Both the position numbers and the translations under genes were made by a program. From Camelus dromedarius (taxonomy: Eukaryota): 64,000 nt of DNA. Where the stretch lies: assembly GCF_036321535.1 (NCBI RefSeq), contig NC_087436.1:65536001-65600000 (forward strand), read 5' to 3'. A model generated the notes under the pieces. It was not told the DNA's origin. It saw nothing but the letters and a program-made list of their open reading frames with translations, and made no database searches. Numbering within the stretch: position 1 is the stretch's first letter; each line of letters starts with the position of its first letter. Positions 39,583 through 55,049 of the stretch are shown in pieces.

Positions 39583-40530
39583 TGAGTTGGAAAAACTCAG
39601 TTTTCCACCTGTGTATGTCCTTTACTACTTACATAGAACATATCACTTTTGATACTTCCGGTAACCAAATGTGTGGAGAATTTCCTCACACCAAACAATT
39701 CTCTGAGACACCAGCTGGGTGCCTTATGATACAGGTCAATTCTAGCCTTTTCTACCTAGAGATAGTGTCAGATCCCACGGGTTAAGGGCCCAGCTGACTG
39801 CTCCTACTTCAAATGCCAACTGAAAACTGTAGGTCCTCAGGCCACCCACAAATTCTGTCCTACCTGGCTTCAAATCAATGGTTCCTAGGACCTGCTCCTC
39901 AGATTTGATTAATTTGCTAAAGTGGCCTATAGAACTCAGGGAAGCACTTAAGTTACCAGTTTATTAAAGGATATAACAAAGAATACAGATGAACAGGCAG
40001 ATTAAGAGATACATAGGGTGAGGTCTGGGAGGATCCTAAACACAGGAGCTTCTGCTCCCATGGAATTGGGGTACATCACCCACCCCTCAAGTACGTGGAT
40101 GTGTTTACCCACCTGGAAGCTCACCAAATTCCATACTATTGGTATTTTATGGAGGCTTTCTCATATAGGCATGATCAATCATTATCTTCATTTTCTAGCC
40201 CCTCTACCCTCTCTGGAAAACGAGACTGGGGGCTAAAAATTCTGAGCTTCTAATCATGGCTTGGTCTTTCTAGTGACCAGCCCCCACTCAGGAGACATCA
40301 AGAAGTCCTCCCAGAGTCACTTTATTAGAACAAAAAACCATTCTATCACCCGGGAAATTACAAGGTTTCATGAGCCCTGTGTCAGGAATGCTGTAAGAGA
40401 CCAGATTTTAGAACAAAAAAAGTTTCTAGTGCTCTTATCGCTTAGGCAATTACAAGGGTTTTAGGAGCTATGTGCCAGGAACTGGAGGCAGAGACCAATA
40501 TATATTTTCTATTATCTTACTATATCTTAC
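39583..40530 (-). mobile_element. MER21-family solo LTR
   Basis: 'gacaccagctgggtg...tagagatagtgtcagatcccacgggttaagggc...gatgaacaggcagattaagagatacatagggtgaggtctgggagg...gcagagaccaatatatatt'. Confidence 0.85.
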
Positions 40531-42981
40531 ATCTGTTATATTCCATATTCATTACCTGATTTAGGTAATTTCATTGTGGTGTTAAAAAAACAACAAAATA
40601 ATGTAGCAAAAACATACCAAATTTCAATCAGTTATCTTTTAATAGTGGATCTGTCTAATTACAAACTTACAGTCATTGCACTACACTGAATTTGAGTCAC
40701 CTGCAGATCCTCTGTAAAGGTAAAGTTCTCATGAACTCCCATGTTGAATATTTATTTTAATACAAATGAATATACTGTCTATTAAAATAATCCAGGTTTA
40801 AATTCCACTTACAAAATTTAATTCCAAATTAAAAATCACAATTATAAATAGAAGTATTAGTAAAATTAAAAGATTAACTTACTGTGAAATATTACATCAT
40901 ATTGAAAAAAGTGAATCAGTCATTATTTTTATGCTCTAATTACTTTTACTGTTTACCTCCAAATATAGTGTTGTGAAATTTAATCTACATTTATAAAAAA
41001 CTTCATAGCATATTTACCACTATGTCAGCAGACAGAATATTAAACATTAGCATCACTATAATACATCTACTACAATGTGATTTTGGTCTTGACCAGAGGT
41101 CCTTGGTTCTCTTGAGTCTGAACTATCTTTCAGACAACACGTAGTGTAATGATTCACCTCTCCCAACACATTTCTCCTTTTAAACTACTTTAAAGAGATT
41201 TTCTCATACAGTTCATTTGATGCAAATGAATTGTTTTTATGTTATATCACTATTTAGTAACATGTGGGCACAATTAAATATGAATTGCTGTACTACTTTA
41301 TAATGACAAATGACACATTTTAATATTTAAATGAATTATTTAAAAAAGAAACACAAGTTTTATTGTATAAAAATGTATTTAAATTGCAATTTATTATTAT
41401 AAAATAAAAACCTTGATAGAGAAGAATGATCATTGATGATTATTCAAAAGTAACATATTGGATGTCTCATAAATGCCAGGTACTATTCAAGATGTTTTAG
41501 ATATATCTGACAGAAAAAAAACTACAAAAATCTCTGTACTTACAGAGTTTACATAAAATGAGATTACATGAAATGATGTCACTGTACATTAAGCTATGCC
41601 AAAGTAGGAGAGTCATATACACTTAGTGAATGTTTACTTGTTATTATAGATTTATACTTAGCAGCAAAGACATCCTAAACTTTAACAAAGACATTAAAAC
41701 TGAGTGCTAGTCTTGTCTACAAAGTTACAATTGGGAGAACTACCTGTTAAGGTTACTAGCCTATCACTATTTTAGTAACATTTACTAATTTTTAAAAAAT
41801 TTATCATGGAAATAAAAATTTAAATTTCAAGTATGTTACATAAAACTTGCTGATCATGACCCAAGTTTACATTTGTGGAGCTACAAGAGTTCAGAAAACC
41901 CCAGTCGAAAGATAATGATTCTAATATGGTCATATTGAGTTTGAATTGTCTGTGATACTGACTGTATATATATTTTTCTCATTATTCTCAAGATATAAAA
42001 CTCAGGTCCAAATTTCTATAGAAAAAGAGAATTGATTTACAAACACTTGCAAAAATGTTCAGTTCACATATAATTTGAAACATACACATTGAAATAAAAT
42101 TATTTTTTATAAAATTCTCAAATTTATGGAGTCTCTTCTTCTCTCTATATATATCTCTTCATCTGTTTATCTCCTTTACATCTTAAATTTGGTGAACATA
42201 TGAGACTATGGGCCAGTACCAGCAATGTAAATTAATTCTATTTTATGGAAGAAAAATCTGCTAATAATCATCTTTTTGCTATTTTACCTCTGATTCTCTC
42301 AAGTTAATACCAATTCATCTTAGATAAGTAGGAATATTCAAAGTATCTGAGTAGAAAAACATGCTTAAAGAATAAATATCACAAAGTTATCAATATAAAT
42401 ATGAATATTATTTTAAAACTATATAGCAGTAGTTAAATAAGTTACAATAGAGAATATGATTCAGACAGTAAAATAATTCTGCAGAAATATATATATAATG
42501 ATGCCTTTTTATTGATTTATTTATATAACTTATGATTGCATACCTATTGGGCATCTGGCACTGAACAGCATACATACGGTAACTTCTTAATAAATCTTAC
42601 GTATCAGGAGAAAAACTAATTAATAAACATCAGTTAAACTGTAAAATTAAAAGAAACTAAGAATGGGTATGTTTTATAAATAACAATCAAGTTTTGAAGC
42701 TTATGAAAAGTATAATCAAAATATTTCAAAAAGTCCATATTGATATATTTCTAGAAAAAAGATGGTAAGGCAAGATGGTATAGATGTGATTAGAGGGAAT
42801 AATGAGCATTTTCTTCTCGCATAACACTTGAGTTTCAGCAGTGAATTCATATTCCTTTCAGTAAATATAACAAAATGAACTAATTTGTAAAGTCTTTATA
42901 ATAATTGGACAAAAATGAAACAGCTTTGTCATTGTGTATATGCACATATATATACATAAAACACATATACAGTCTATGGAT

Positions 42982-43263
42982 CCATGCTGCCCCATCAAAA
43001 TGTAATGTGATTCACAATGTGAGCCTCATATATAATTTATAATTTTAAGTAGTCATTAAAAATAGGTAAAATTAATTATGATAATATCTCATTTAAACCA
43101 ATCTATCAATATATAATTAATATGAAGGTTATTAATGAGTATTTGATATTCTTTTTTTTTGCTGTACATATCAAAGTACTTTATACTTATAGCACCTCTC
43201 AATTTGAACTAGTCATATTTCACACGCTTAATAGACTAGTTGCTACCATTTTGGGCAATGTAG
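42982..43263 (+). mobile_element. hAT-Charlie MITE, MER33-like
   Basis: 'gagcctcatatataattt...tatacttatagcacctctcaatttgaactagtcatatttca...gctaccattttgggcaatgtag'. Confidence 0.75.
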
Positions 43264-44444
43264 ATTACAGATAAACAAATATAACTTTAAAATGCTAAGG
43301 ATGCACAATATATAGGAGAGAGAGTTGAATTAAGTCAGATCTTAGCTGGCCCTTTTGTATAGTATGTCTAAAAGGAATAATTTTAATTTTTACCTTATCT
43401 GATAATCCTCTTACCTCCATTGTAGACAACATAAAAAACTGAAAGCATTATAAAATTACAAACTAAATTTGTAATTACATTTCATGTATATCCAGAGTAA
43501 CATTAACATCCGGAATTTGTTCTATTTAGTTTAGAAAGCACTTACAATTATAAAATATGAAAACAAGCCCACACCTGTTTCAAGAATATAAATGGCAAAT
43601 GGACAGACTGAGGAACTGTATCTATGCAAAACTCTGTTTGAAAAATAATCTTATATTAAAATGAGAGTATATATTTATTTTAATTAATTTTCTCCTAAAA
43701 TTGATTAGCTATTTTAACCAAAAACAGTTCCCAATTGAAATATTTCAAATCCTCAAGGACTTATAAAAACATAGTTATTTCATTTCTGCTTTAGTCTCTA
43801 CAAAAAGTAAAACATTATTATTTCACTCCTTACCACCAAGATTATGTGACAGATATATTAACATCAATAGCAATAGTAAAGCTTACATTCATTGGACAAC
43901 CTATATGCCAGACATTGTTAAATACTTTATATATTGTCTCATATAATTTTCATTATCCTCTTATGAGATAGGTGAATTTATAAACATGGAAAATATCAAA
44001 CAGGCCAAATTGTTTTAGTAGTTTTTTTTTGTGTGTGTATAAGTAGAAACATCAAAAACACAACTGTGATAAATACTATCGTTCTAGTTATGATATACTT
44101 CCTATTTTTGAAGCCTAACTTTGGGGTGTATACCTAAAAGTGTCTGTGATATGAATTCAAATTCAATTCTAATTATAGAAGTCTGTAGTTACTATTTTAG
44201 CATAGCCTGAAGCTAGAATGCTTGTCAGGAAATAATTGGGTTTAACACTAATTATAATATTAAAAGACATGGATTTAATTTTTATGTATCAAAGAAACAG
44301 CAATTTAATTTTTAAATTTAGAAATATTAACACAATTTTATTTTATTTATTCAGATGCATAGAGATGATCATTACTTTAAATCTAACTTGGGTTCTTGAA
44401 TCACATTATGTTAATTTGCTCCTGTAGTTAACCGAACAAAGAGG

Positions 44445-44690
44445 CAAAATAGTAGAGGTGTTAAGGCTAAATGGGGTTTAAAATGACAGATCTGTGCTAG
44501 ACTTCTGGTTCATCTCTTTCTAGACATGTGACTGTAAACAGATCAACTGACCTTTCTATGCCTGTACTATACCTGCCTAAAATGTGGACAACAGTCCTGA
44601 CCTAAGGCATATGGGAAGAGTAAGTAAGACACCATATGTAAAGTCCTTAGTACATTATGAGCAAGGCACATAGCACTTATCTGGTGGATG
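44445..44690 (+). mobile_element. MIR SINE
   Basis: 'tagacatgtgactgtaaacagatcaactgacctttctatgcctgt...aaaatgtggacaacagt...atgtaaagtccttagtaca...ggcacatag'. Confidence 0.65.
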
Positions 44691-47199
44691 TAATGACTTC
44701 TTGGAAATTACCACTGTAGGATTAGGGAATAGATTTTCATGGTAAGTAAATGAATATAGTGCTTATAACAGCATTAAGAGGAATTCTTTTCTAATGATAT
44801 AACAATGGTTCTAATTGACCCTGCTTTGCTATTCATTAGGTGTAAATTAGTGAAGTTTCTCTCAAATGGGTTAACCTATATAATCATTATTTTAGCCTGA
44901 GTTCATTTTTAGTTAATGTAGCCTGAAATGTGAATCTGGTGAGTAAAGCATTTTAGTTTCACTGCCAAGAATTCTGAGAATATTCCCAAATTTGCTTGGC
45001 AAATGGAGTGTGTCTCCATAAGGTCACAAAGTTAACACTTTGCGATAGGGGAGCAAAAAAGTATATAATCATAAAATTTTAAATCATTTAAAAAATTATA
45101 GATGCCATATGGTAATATTTCTTTTGGTTAATTACAAATGTAATTATTTAACATTTATTTTCTATAGCATATCTTTATGTCATTTGAAAAAAGTAAAATC
45201 AGTCTCTGCATTTGCAAAACATAATTATTTATGCTTTCTATTTTTGTTTGGAGTAATGTTAATGCATGTTAAAGCATTATTAATATATTTTTACAAAAAA
45301 AGTTAGTTTGAACACTTCCTCTTTCCTTTAACAGTATGTCCTGAGAACTTCCTGCATTGGTACATATAATTATATTTTATTATTTTGAATAGTTTATAAA
45401 ATCAATATGTTTGCACTAGAACATAATTCATATGGCTGTAATATAATTATGAGTTAGAAGTGACAGACTTATTGCAATAGTTTTACTCAGTTTTGCAAAA
45501 ATTGAGGATGAGCCTAGTGATATTTGAGTTTAAGTACTTTGTGCTTTAAGCTTCAGTATATTTCTTAGGGTAAGTGCTTTATTTATACACTACCAAATTT
45601 TATTGACCTGGAGTGATTTTGAAACACTTGAAATGACAAAAATTTTATGTCAGAAAAAGAAAAAAATCAAATCTATTTTTGTTTTTTGTTTCAAATGTCC
45701 TTAAATTGTTGATAAAGAAGGTGAAACCAGAATTGAATGTTTAATGTATTTCCAATAACAACAAATTGCTGACACTTTTTTTCTTTTCACTGCAAACCAT
45801 TTTTGGCTCTTTTGTAAAAAGGGCCTGAGAGGTAGAGGTGAAAGCATCTTTTAAGTTACCAATAACAGACACACAAAAAGATAAATCTTCAAAGGTTTTT
45901 TGCTGGACCATGTTCTAAAATGATAATGCCTTTTAAGTCCAGCTTTAAAATATACTTTTCAACGGATATTTCCGCTTTTGTAATGCAACATGAGTGGCAT
46001 ATAACCTTACATGCTGCAATGTAGAACAGTACTTTAGCTGAAACATCTGAAAATAACCGTTCTCAAAAATCAAAGTGAAAATTGAGAATTAAAAAACCAA
46101 CACTTTCTGAATAGCTCATACTTATTTATAAAGCCTGTAATTTGCAAAAGTTTTGAGATGGTTCTGTTTCCACAAATGTACCTTCAGGGAAATGTCCAAA
46201 TAATGGCATTCTGCATTTTTAAATAAATTGATAAATTAATATCAATTTAGTGATTTCTTTTTCTCTTGCTATCTTCAGGAGACAGGGAGGATGTTTAGGA
46301 GTATGTATTGCTGGGATAAAATAACTCATTTTGTTTTATTTTTTTCCTCAAGGATATTTATTTCTGTTAAAAAATGGTCTAGTGTTCCTAGACTGAAGTA
46401 TACCTTATGACCTAATTAGGAGTGTAATTGGTCACATGCAATAATTATGATCAGAGGTAATGAAATAGCACAGGAGCCACATGGTGATAGGACAAATACC
46501 GTGACACTCAGATCTAGGAAAAGGGGTACTATGGAGAGTTTCACATATACTAATACTGAAATAAAAATATAAATAAATGTTCATATATTATATAAAAATA
46601 AATATATATCTTTAAATATATATATATAGTATGTGTATATATATGTGATTATTTTTCTTTTCATTAAGGAAGTTTTTGAAAATTTGCAACTAAAATAGAA
46701 AAATGAGAGATACTAGAGCAGACCCTCTGAGGAGAACTTTGCTTGCCAAGACAGAAGATGCAATGAGACTAAAAACATGTGAGCAAGTGAATAGGAGGAA
46801 AAACTCAAGTTCCTAGACAGTGTGTCTAAGCCACCCAGTTCTGTCCTGATTCCCTGAGGCCTTTAACACTGTCAGTCTCTAATCTGGGTTCAAAATGGTC
46901 TAGTTATATCCCAGGAGTCCTGGGCCCAGGCCATCTTTTATGCTGCTCTGTCTCAGCATGTCCTTACTACCGGTCTGGCCCACAGGCAGGGGGTTTGACC
47001 AGGGAAAGAAAGAAGACAGCTCCTTTGTTTTTCTGTCAAGAAGAAAATCCTTGAGAATGGCCCATATGGGTCCAATTACAGAGAAGCAAGCCAGGATGTA
47101 AGTAAAACTGTACATGTAACTTCTAAATACTTAGATGTATGCACTTGGGTTCCATTTTTATTCTTGCTCTGAATCCCATAAATGTCATGGGTGAAATTC

Positions 47200-47800
47200 T
47201 TTATACTAAGATGGTTGTGGCAAAATTGATGAGAAGGCCCAGATTCAAAGACCTGCCAACAGAGATTACTGATTGATTACACACAGCACGTCAGGGAATT
47301 GTCATCAAGGATGGCCATTTATCAAAATGGAGAATACTGCAAAATCAGCAGGCTTTGAAGAAAATGAAGTTTTTTCTAAACATGTTAATTTTGATATATA
47401 TTATACATCAAAGAGAAGATATTAATTAGATTAAATTTAACGAAGTTCAGAGGCGAGTCAGAATATAGATGACACTAAAATCTGTGGGACTACATATGCT
47501 CACCTAAGGACTGATTTTAGAAAGCAAAGTCCTAGAGAATGTCAACATTTAGAAATTAAAGAGAAACAAAGGAAATTGAAAATAAGTAGCCAATGAGAGA
47601 AAAGAAAAATTAAAATTTTTATTAGGAATGAGATGAGATAAATAATGTTAAGTACTATTGAATGGTGAAATAAAGTGAGAACTGAGAAATGACCATTGAG
47701 TTGGTGAAAAGGAGGTTACTGATGACAATGTCAGATAATTTCAGTGCAGTTGTGAGGATGAACTCCTATTCATAATTGGTTGAGGAGAAAAATGGGTGGG
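47200..47800 (-). mobile_element. L2 fragment
   Basis: 'gagaactgagaaatgaccattgagttgg...ggaggttactgatgac...tttcagtg...ggttgaggaga'. Confidence 0.7.
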
Positions 47801-49071
47801 TATGAAGCAGGAAAAAGAATTTAATTATCAAAATTTCAATGCTGAATGCTGGGACCTGACCATCTCATTCAAATAAGACTAGCAGTAAACAAGCATGACT
47901 TAATTCCAGTACTTTTCTCACATTACTTTTAGTGGTGATATTTGTCTTCTCTCTCATGTTAATTTCTCTCCTGAAACTGTGCATTTATAGACAGCACTTG
48001 CAGTAATGCTAGCCTTGAAGACAATGGATGCATAAGTGAGAACCTGGCTCTATTTCTCAACTCTGGACTCCTATTAAAAAAAATTGCACTGCTCTGCTTG
48101 TAATATTTTTGAAAATTTTAATATGGTTTTAATTTCTAAAAGTGTCCTATGAAGCAATTCTATTACTTTTTTTTGCCATTAGTCCTTTTTTTTTTTTCTT
48201 TACTGTCAAAATCTAGATTCTAAATTATAATTGCAGCAGGACATTAGGGATGATATATGTTGCTCAAAATGAGTTTTAAGAACAACTGGGACTTGATGAG
48301 GTACAGGCATAGACTAAGTCACCAAAATCAAAGATTGGTTAATGGGTGTGGGCAAATATGAAGATCGGAAAACTGAGTAAAACAAAGATGGAAATAAAAA
48401 TAGTGCCTTATAAATATTATTTTTAAAGTTACAACCATTTTCTGGAAGTCTCTGAAGCCTAAGGACAATATTTTGAACTTGAATCAGTAGGGTCATTCAA
48501 GGACACTTACAGTCCCACAGCTAGAAATATTTAAAAGGGAATTGAACAGCAGAAAACAAGGCAAGAAAAGATGGATTAAAACAAGGTTAAAAAGACCCAG
48601 ATACAGACATTGAGAATAAAAAATTGGGATGTTTTAAAATTTGTTCAGTTGTGAAAAAAGAAACATAATAAAATGAACAGTAAAGAATTTATGGTAAGAT
48701 TTTAAATGTTTGGTTTGTTGTTTTGTTTTTTGTTTTGTTTCCTTCATTTGTACTATAGTGCGGAATAAAAAAGAGAGGACAAAGTAAAATAAATCATAAA
48801 GACTTATATTTGGTTTTTTAATATGCATTTACTATATAGAGCCTTGGTATGATCAGAAAATTCAGGGATATGTAGATCCCTTGCAAGATAAGGACTAGGG
48901 TATTTTCTTCAGCTGCAAGGCAGAATAGCATAGTGGTGAAGAGATGATATTTGTACTGCTTCATAGAATCCTTATGCTGCATAATCTAAAAGAAATGTAA
49001 TGCAACAGACTTAGGACAATACCTAACCTATAACCAGCTATTATAGTGAAGGCTTAATATAATAGTTAGCC

Positions 49072-49124
49072 TCATCATCAGTATCATCATCATTATCATT
49101 CTTATCATCATCATGATAATCATC
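49072..49124. repeat. Imperfect (CAT)n microsatellite
   Basis: Seen directly. Confidence 0.85.
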
Positions 49125-49856
49125 AATGAGATTAGGGAAAGAGAGAGCTAAGGGATGAGTTTTCAAAGAAAAAACATATATGTAGAATACAAGATTGTGT
49201 AGAAATAGCCAGAGAAATCAGATAAGTAAATGATGACATTTAAAAGGAGGAAAGCAGAAGTTTATAAAATGAAGGTAAATATCTAGATTTATTACACATA
49301 AATTTGAAGGATAACTTAGGGAGGGTTAATTCTATGTGCATATGGAAATTTTTACAGTTTATATTTTAAATCCAGTATCCTTAATCATAAACTTTAAAGT
49401 TGCCCTATGGAAAACTTTTAGAAACACTAAAGAAAATGAAACTTTTTTTAGTAACAGGAAAAGAATTTCAATAAATTTAATAATGTATATATCCCCTCTG
49501 TCACATTTTTAAACATAAATTATTGATTCTCTAAATTATCATCTTAAAATTTCACAAGTAAATGAGACTTTTTTTTCTATTTGTGCCCTAAGAAGTTATT
49601 GATTAACTAATAACACACCTGTATATTTCCTCTTTTGGGATCTAAAAAATTAGAAACATCAAAAATAACATTTTGAAATATTTGAGAGGCAATATTTTTA
49701 AAATAATGGAGGTAAATATATCTCCAGAAGTCAAATTCAGAACAAAGATTTGTAGAATTAGTAAATTATTAAAGAGATATTATCTGAAAGGACTGTAAGT
49801 TTGCCCTTGACAACTTACGATCATAAATGGTATACACATTTAATAGAATACTTCAA

Positions 49857-50257
49857 TGAATAAGATTATTTATCTCAAAAACAAGATGGGCCCAAAGTGG
49901 AGTCACTTATGCTAAGCCCCAGGTCACAAAACCAAGACTTTAAGGTACAGTTTTCTCTCTCTCCAAAATGGAATCTTAAACCAGTCAATCAGGAATCACC
50001 TGATCAGCAACAGTTGGGTAATCTGCTTGATAGACTTCTGCTATCTCTTAAAGGAAAGTAACCTCGCAATAACGATTCTGCTTTTTTTGTCTAGAAGAAC
50101 TTGCTTGTTCCTGCTCCCTTCTGCCTATATAAAAATCTTCCATTTTATACGGCTCCTTGGAGCTTCTTTTTGTCTTCTGGATTAGATGATGCCTGATTCA
50201 TGAATTGTTGAGTAAAACTAGTAAAATCTTTAAAATTTACTCAGTTGAATTTTAACA
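49857..50257 (+). mobile_element. ERV1-class solo LTR (MER34/MER39-like)
   Basis: 'tggagtcacttatgctaagcc', 'aaaccagtcaatcaggaatcacctgatcagc', TATA-like 'ctatataaaa', ends 'ttgaattttaaca'. Confidence 0.7.
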
Positions 50258-52494
50258 CTTAGTTTTTTGGAGAGAATAAAAGTGGAAATTTTTTAAAGCT
50301 CTGACAAATATCAATAATATCACTGTATTTTATATTTTATAGTCTACTTTATCCTGCCCACATATCCATATGGTATTTATTGCCACTACCTTTTTAAAAA
50401 TAAGGAAATAGGGTTAGATAATTTGATGCATGTAATATTATAGAGATACCAAGTATGAGAACAGATTTTGGAATCCAGGTCTGAAAGGCTTCAAAGGCTC
50501 TTTATCTTTAATAATGCCATCTGCTTCTTAATTATGGTGATCACATTTTTGGATGGGGATTGATCTTGGACATTCACTAACTAGCAGTAGACTCTGAACA
50601 AAGAAACTCAGTTTTCCTTCCTCAGTAATCTTCAACTTCCTGATTTTTGTGAGAATTAAAGAGTTACAATGTTTACTGATAATACACTGCATGGCACAAT
50701 ACCATGCATGCTTAAGTGTTCAACTAATATATCTGTTCTGATTCATTAACTGGATGTTCTTGAGTGAAGCTATTCTAAAGAATATTTTATTAACATATTT
50801 CTTGGTTTCAGAGGAAACTTATCCTGAATACTTTTGTAGGTTGCAAGTCTTTATTCCTTGACAATATGTTTGAGTTTTTCTAAATGAAAAGTCATTTAAG
50901 CCTACATTTGCTTAATAGAGTGGAAGTTAAAACCTGCATACCAAACTTTGGTATTAAAGATATGATTACAAAAAGATGAGATACTCACTTGTATGTTCAG
51001 TAATCTTGCTCTGAAGACAATCATAAAGAAGTTCAAAAATTTCAAGGAGTCATAGCATCATTCAAATATATTTATATGTATACACAGAACATGGAAGAAC
51101 TTTACCCACTATAAGGTATATTATCTGTTACTTTTTTGATAATCTGATCAAAGTTAAAGTCACTATGTATGTGTTTGTCTGTAAGTATTCCTTAATTATA
51201 CCTTGAGAGCCACAAGAATTATCCTACACAATACCAAATTTATTAATTTATTGGAATTAACAAATAACATCTTACATGCTGTTGTTTCTTGATGACAGAA
51301 TTCTTTAATTAAATCAGCAGATTAGGAGACAGACACTAGAACTAGCAGAGAAACAGTCTATTTTTTTGCCAAGCATTGATAGAAAATATGGTACACCTTT
51401 TCTTGTCTCAGTTAAGCTTACCAAATTTTTGTCCCCTCTGTCCATATGCAGTGTCAGATAGGGGTGGGCTGCCTAAACTGATGTGCAAATGGAGTGATAA
51501 CTGATATGTGTTACTTCCCACACAATCCTGTTTACCAACCACACCAACAGTTGACTGCAACTTCCCTATATATAAGCGTGCATTTCTCTATACAAAAACA
51601 CTTGGGCAAAACACATTGTGGACTTTTTCAGATATTTAGAAAGTTTATACATATGTGAGATATTAGGCAACAAAGTCATCATGGTCTAGGCAGTATCTCA
51701 TGATTAATCAATATTTCTATAGATAAATATAAAAATATTCACACCAAATGAATAAAGATATAAACTGCTTCAGGTCAGACTAGGTCAGATTCACCTTCAA
51801 ACGAATTATAAAAATATCTTCTATTTCCACACTTCTTAGATTTTGGATTAAAAATAAATGTATTATGGATTTGCAACATTATTGAGTTCAGAAGTCTACC
51901 TGTAGACACAATTATAAAACTTTTCTAACTACAACACTTTTTATTTACTCATGAGGACACATTTAATGACAATATGTATAATATAACATACGTACATAGT
52001 ATAACTCAAAACTCTAGTTAATTCTATGACTATGTAATCAATACCAGGCACTTTTTCTAATTTGCATATTACAAAACCTTTCATTTGCAAAATGGTTGGG
52101 TGTGATTAGTGATATAGCTACTATTTCTTACCTCTTCCTCCGTGGCAAGCCACTGATTGTGTGAAGATGAGAATCAGATAAATCTCCTGAAATCCCCAAT
52201 TTCAAATAACCTTATACTTCAGAAACCAGTCTCAAATTTCTGGTGATGTATTTCTTTTTTCAATCTCAGTTTAATACAAAACGATTTTATTAAATCTTCC
52301 CTATGTTTTCAATCAATTTCCCATTCATTCTTTTTCCCCATTGGACTTGTCAAAGTTCAAGATTTGTTCTTTATATATAACATAATATAATATTTTACCA
52401 ACATTCTGTACCAGTTTATTTTAGCATAAACTTTCAATAGCTTACAGTATTCTCAATCTCTTCCAATCAATTTAATGAAGCTTGACCACATGTA

Positions 52495-52700
52495 TAATAG
52501 CAGAGCACTTGCTCCAGAATTCTTACCTGGAACCCAGTCCTTGCGATGCCACTTACTATTGGGTGACAAAGTAAATTAAATATTTCCATGCCTCATCAGT
52601 CTCACCTGCAAAATAAAGATATGACTGCTGGAGTAATTAAATCACCTAATACATATAAGACACTCAGAAACATTGCCTAGTATAAAATAGGCCCTATGTT
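52495..52700 (+). mobile_element. MIR SINE
   Basis: 'tgccacttactattgggtgac...ccatgcctc...ctcacctgcaaaataaagata...tcagaaacattgcctag'. Confidence 0.65.
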
Positions 52701-52939
52701 AAATTTTAAATCTTATTATTACTTTATTATTTTATCATTAATAGCATAAATGCCACTACTATCATTCTTTATTTGCTCTCAAACTCGTCTCTTTCTTATA
52801 TAAATCTTCTTCCATATGCCAATATTATTATCTTTAAAAAGCCACTCCTGGTCATTATCTTCTAATTTCCTAGGGGATCAGCTTTATAGTTTTGTCTCAG
52901 ATATTTTTTCCAATTTCAACCTTCTCTATTTTAACTGGA

Positions 52940-54450
52940 GAGTATTAGATATTGCTGATGTGGTGTGATTTATATTCAGTGAAAAGTGGAAGGAAAAAAA
53001 GAAAAGGACACAAAAGTCAGGGACAAATGTTAACCTTCAGGGAATTCCTTACGGGAATGATACACATTTCCCAATGAGGTGGAGTTAACACTGATATGGA
53101 CACAAACATATAATTGGAAGTGAAAGACATTAGGGAATTCTGTAAATGAAACATGACATAAATGTTACTAAGAATGCCCTTTCAACATTCCATTAGGATT
53201 CATATAAAACCATCCTACTGTACTTCAGAGAAAACATGTTAAGACACCTCTCTCTGAGACAACAGGACTGGCCAAAGTCTCTCATGTAATAGCAGAATGA
53301 AAAAACAATTTTCAATTATTCATATAAAGAGAAAGGAAAAATTAATACAACATAGAACCACCAAACTAATGGAACCAGAAGAAAATTGATATTTTAATAC
53401 AAGACAAATCTTTAACACAAGGAAGTAATTTTGCAGATTGAAAGATCATACTATACTCTGAGAAAATCTGATACAGAGCACTTCAAGGAAAGTAAGAAAG
53501 CAGGTCATTCATTTACAGTGAGAAAGAAAAGGTTACCATGAGGGAATGTCTGAGTAGCATGTAGCGCCAGAGGACAATTCAAAAAAGCAGAAAACATTAT
53601 GAAGTAAAGACATTTGAAAAAAGGATACTATTTCATACTAATTTGCTATTCGATAATTAATATAAGAACAAAAGGCAGCCTTTTCAGTCAGGAAAGAACC
53701 AAAGAAAAAGAGCTCTATAAAAACAAAACAAAAATCATTGACAATGAAATCCAAGTAATAAAGAGAAGAATCAGCATAAATATTTCTGTAACAGATAATT
53801 CATGGCAAAAGGACTGATAATGAGTACTGAATACATTGGAATAAATAATTAAAGTTTATTATAGTGAGGAATCATTGAAAAACAAAGTGCAAATGGTACA
53901 AATATTTGTAGTATAATGTGAAAAAAATATTAACAAGGAGTAGCAGATGGATGGAGCACTGTAAAGAAAATTATGGAAGTGCTAATATAGAGATCTTTCA
54001 TAGCGAAAAGTTAACTAGTATTATATATAACTGAAACTTGTTTTGAAAAACAAACCACAATGACCACAAATTAAATATTGTTTTCATTTAATATGACCAC
54101 AGATGTTTTAGTTCACTATATTTGTATTGGTGAAGGAATAGTTTTTGAAATATGGTAGCTCATTATTTTTATTGTCTTCTGTTGATTTCAACTTATATTC
54201 TATTTTATAACGTATATAAGATTGTTCAACTATTTTATAAAAAATATTTCTAAGTATCAGTCTACTCATCTTTACCTATAAATATTCAGAAAAAATATCT
54301 GGAATAATAATGCTAAAAATAATAATTCATTTTTTCTCATAGGTTTTGGGGTTCTAGAATTTTTCTATATGTTCTATACATTTTTATTCTTCCATATTGC
54401 TTAAATTTCTTATAATAGCTATGTATCATAAGTGCAACAGCATGAATTTT
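52940..54450 (+). mobile_element. Decayed HAL1/L1ME-like LINE fragments
   Basis: A-rich plus-strand composition with L1 ORF1-like and 3'-end-like patches; very diverged. Confidence 0.35.
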
Positions 54451-55049
54451 CGTATAATAAAATAAAGTTTCTGCTCATCAGAAAGAGTCCCATAATTATA
54501 ATTTTTTTTATATAGCTCTCATTTAAAACTCAATAGGATTAGTCTGTAAAATAATGGACAAAATTTTATCTTTCAGGTTCTCTGATATTTCTTGAAATTT
54601 ATATATTTTCTAAGTCATATTTTATAATGAAAATAGGACCTTAAAACTCAAGGACTTGAAGATACACAAAAAATTATTCAATATTGTAGGAGCCTGGGAA
54701 GCAAGGTACTCAACTATGGTCCCAGGTTTCCTGAAATTTGTCAGAGAAAAGTTGGTAACTATGATTCTTAGAGAAAAAAGGATTCTATATAATGAAACTA
54801 CATAGTAGGTAAAAGCCATTTGAATCTTTACTGTATAAATAAAAGTATATAAATTAAAGTATTTGATTTATTTGTCCTATATTGATATAACACCATGGCA
54901 GTGATATTCATCATATCCCCCGTAGAATTATAATGACACTCAGAAAAAATAATGAATTTGAACATTTTTTACACGTTACAAGACTCTACACAGTTGTTAC
55001 AACTAACAGTTTAAGTTATAAAACTTAAATCTGTATGAGTACTAAGACA

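Noticed and set aside
54689..54754. Possible exon between 'attgtag' and 'gtaact'
   Set aside because: Poor polypyrimidine tract; no recognisable peptide
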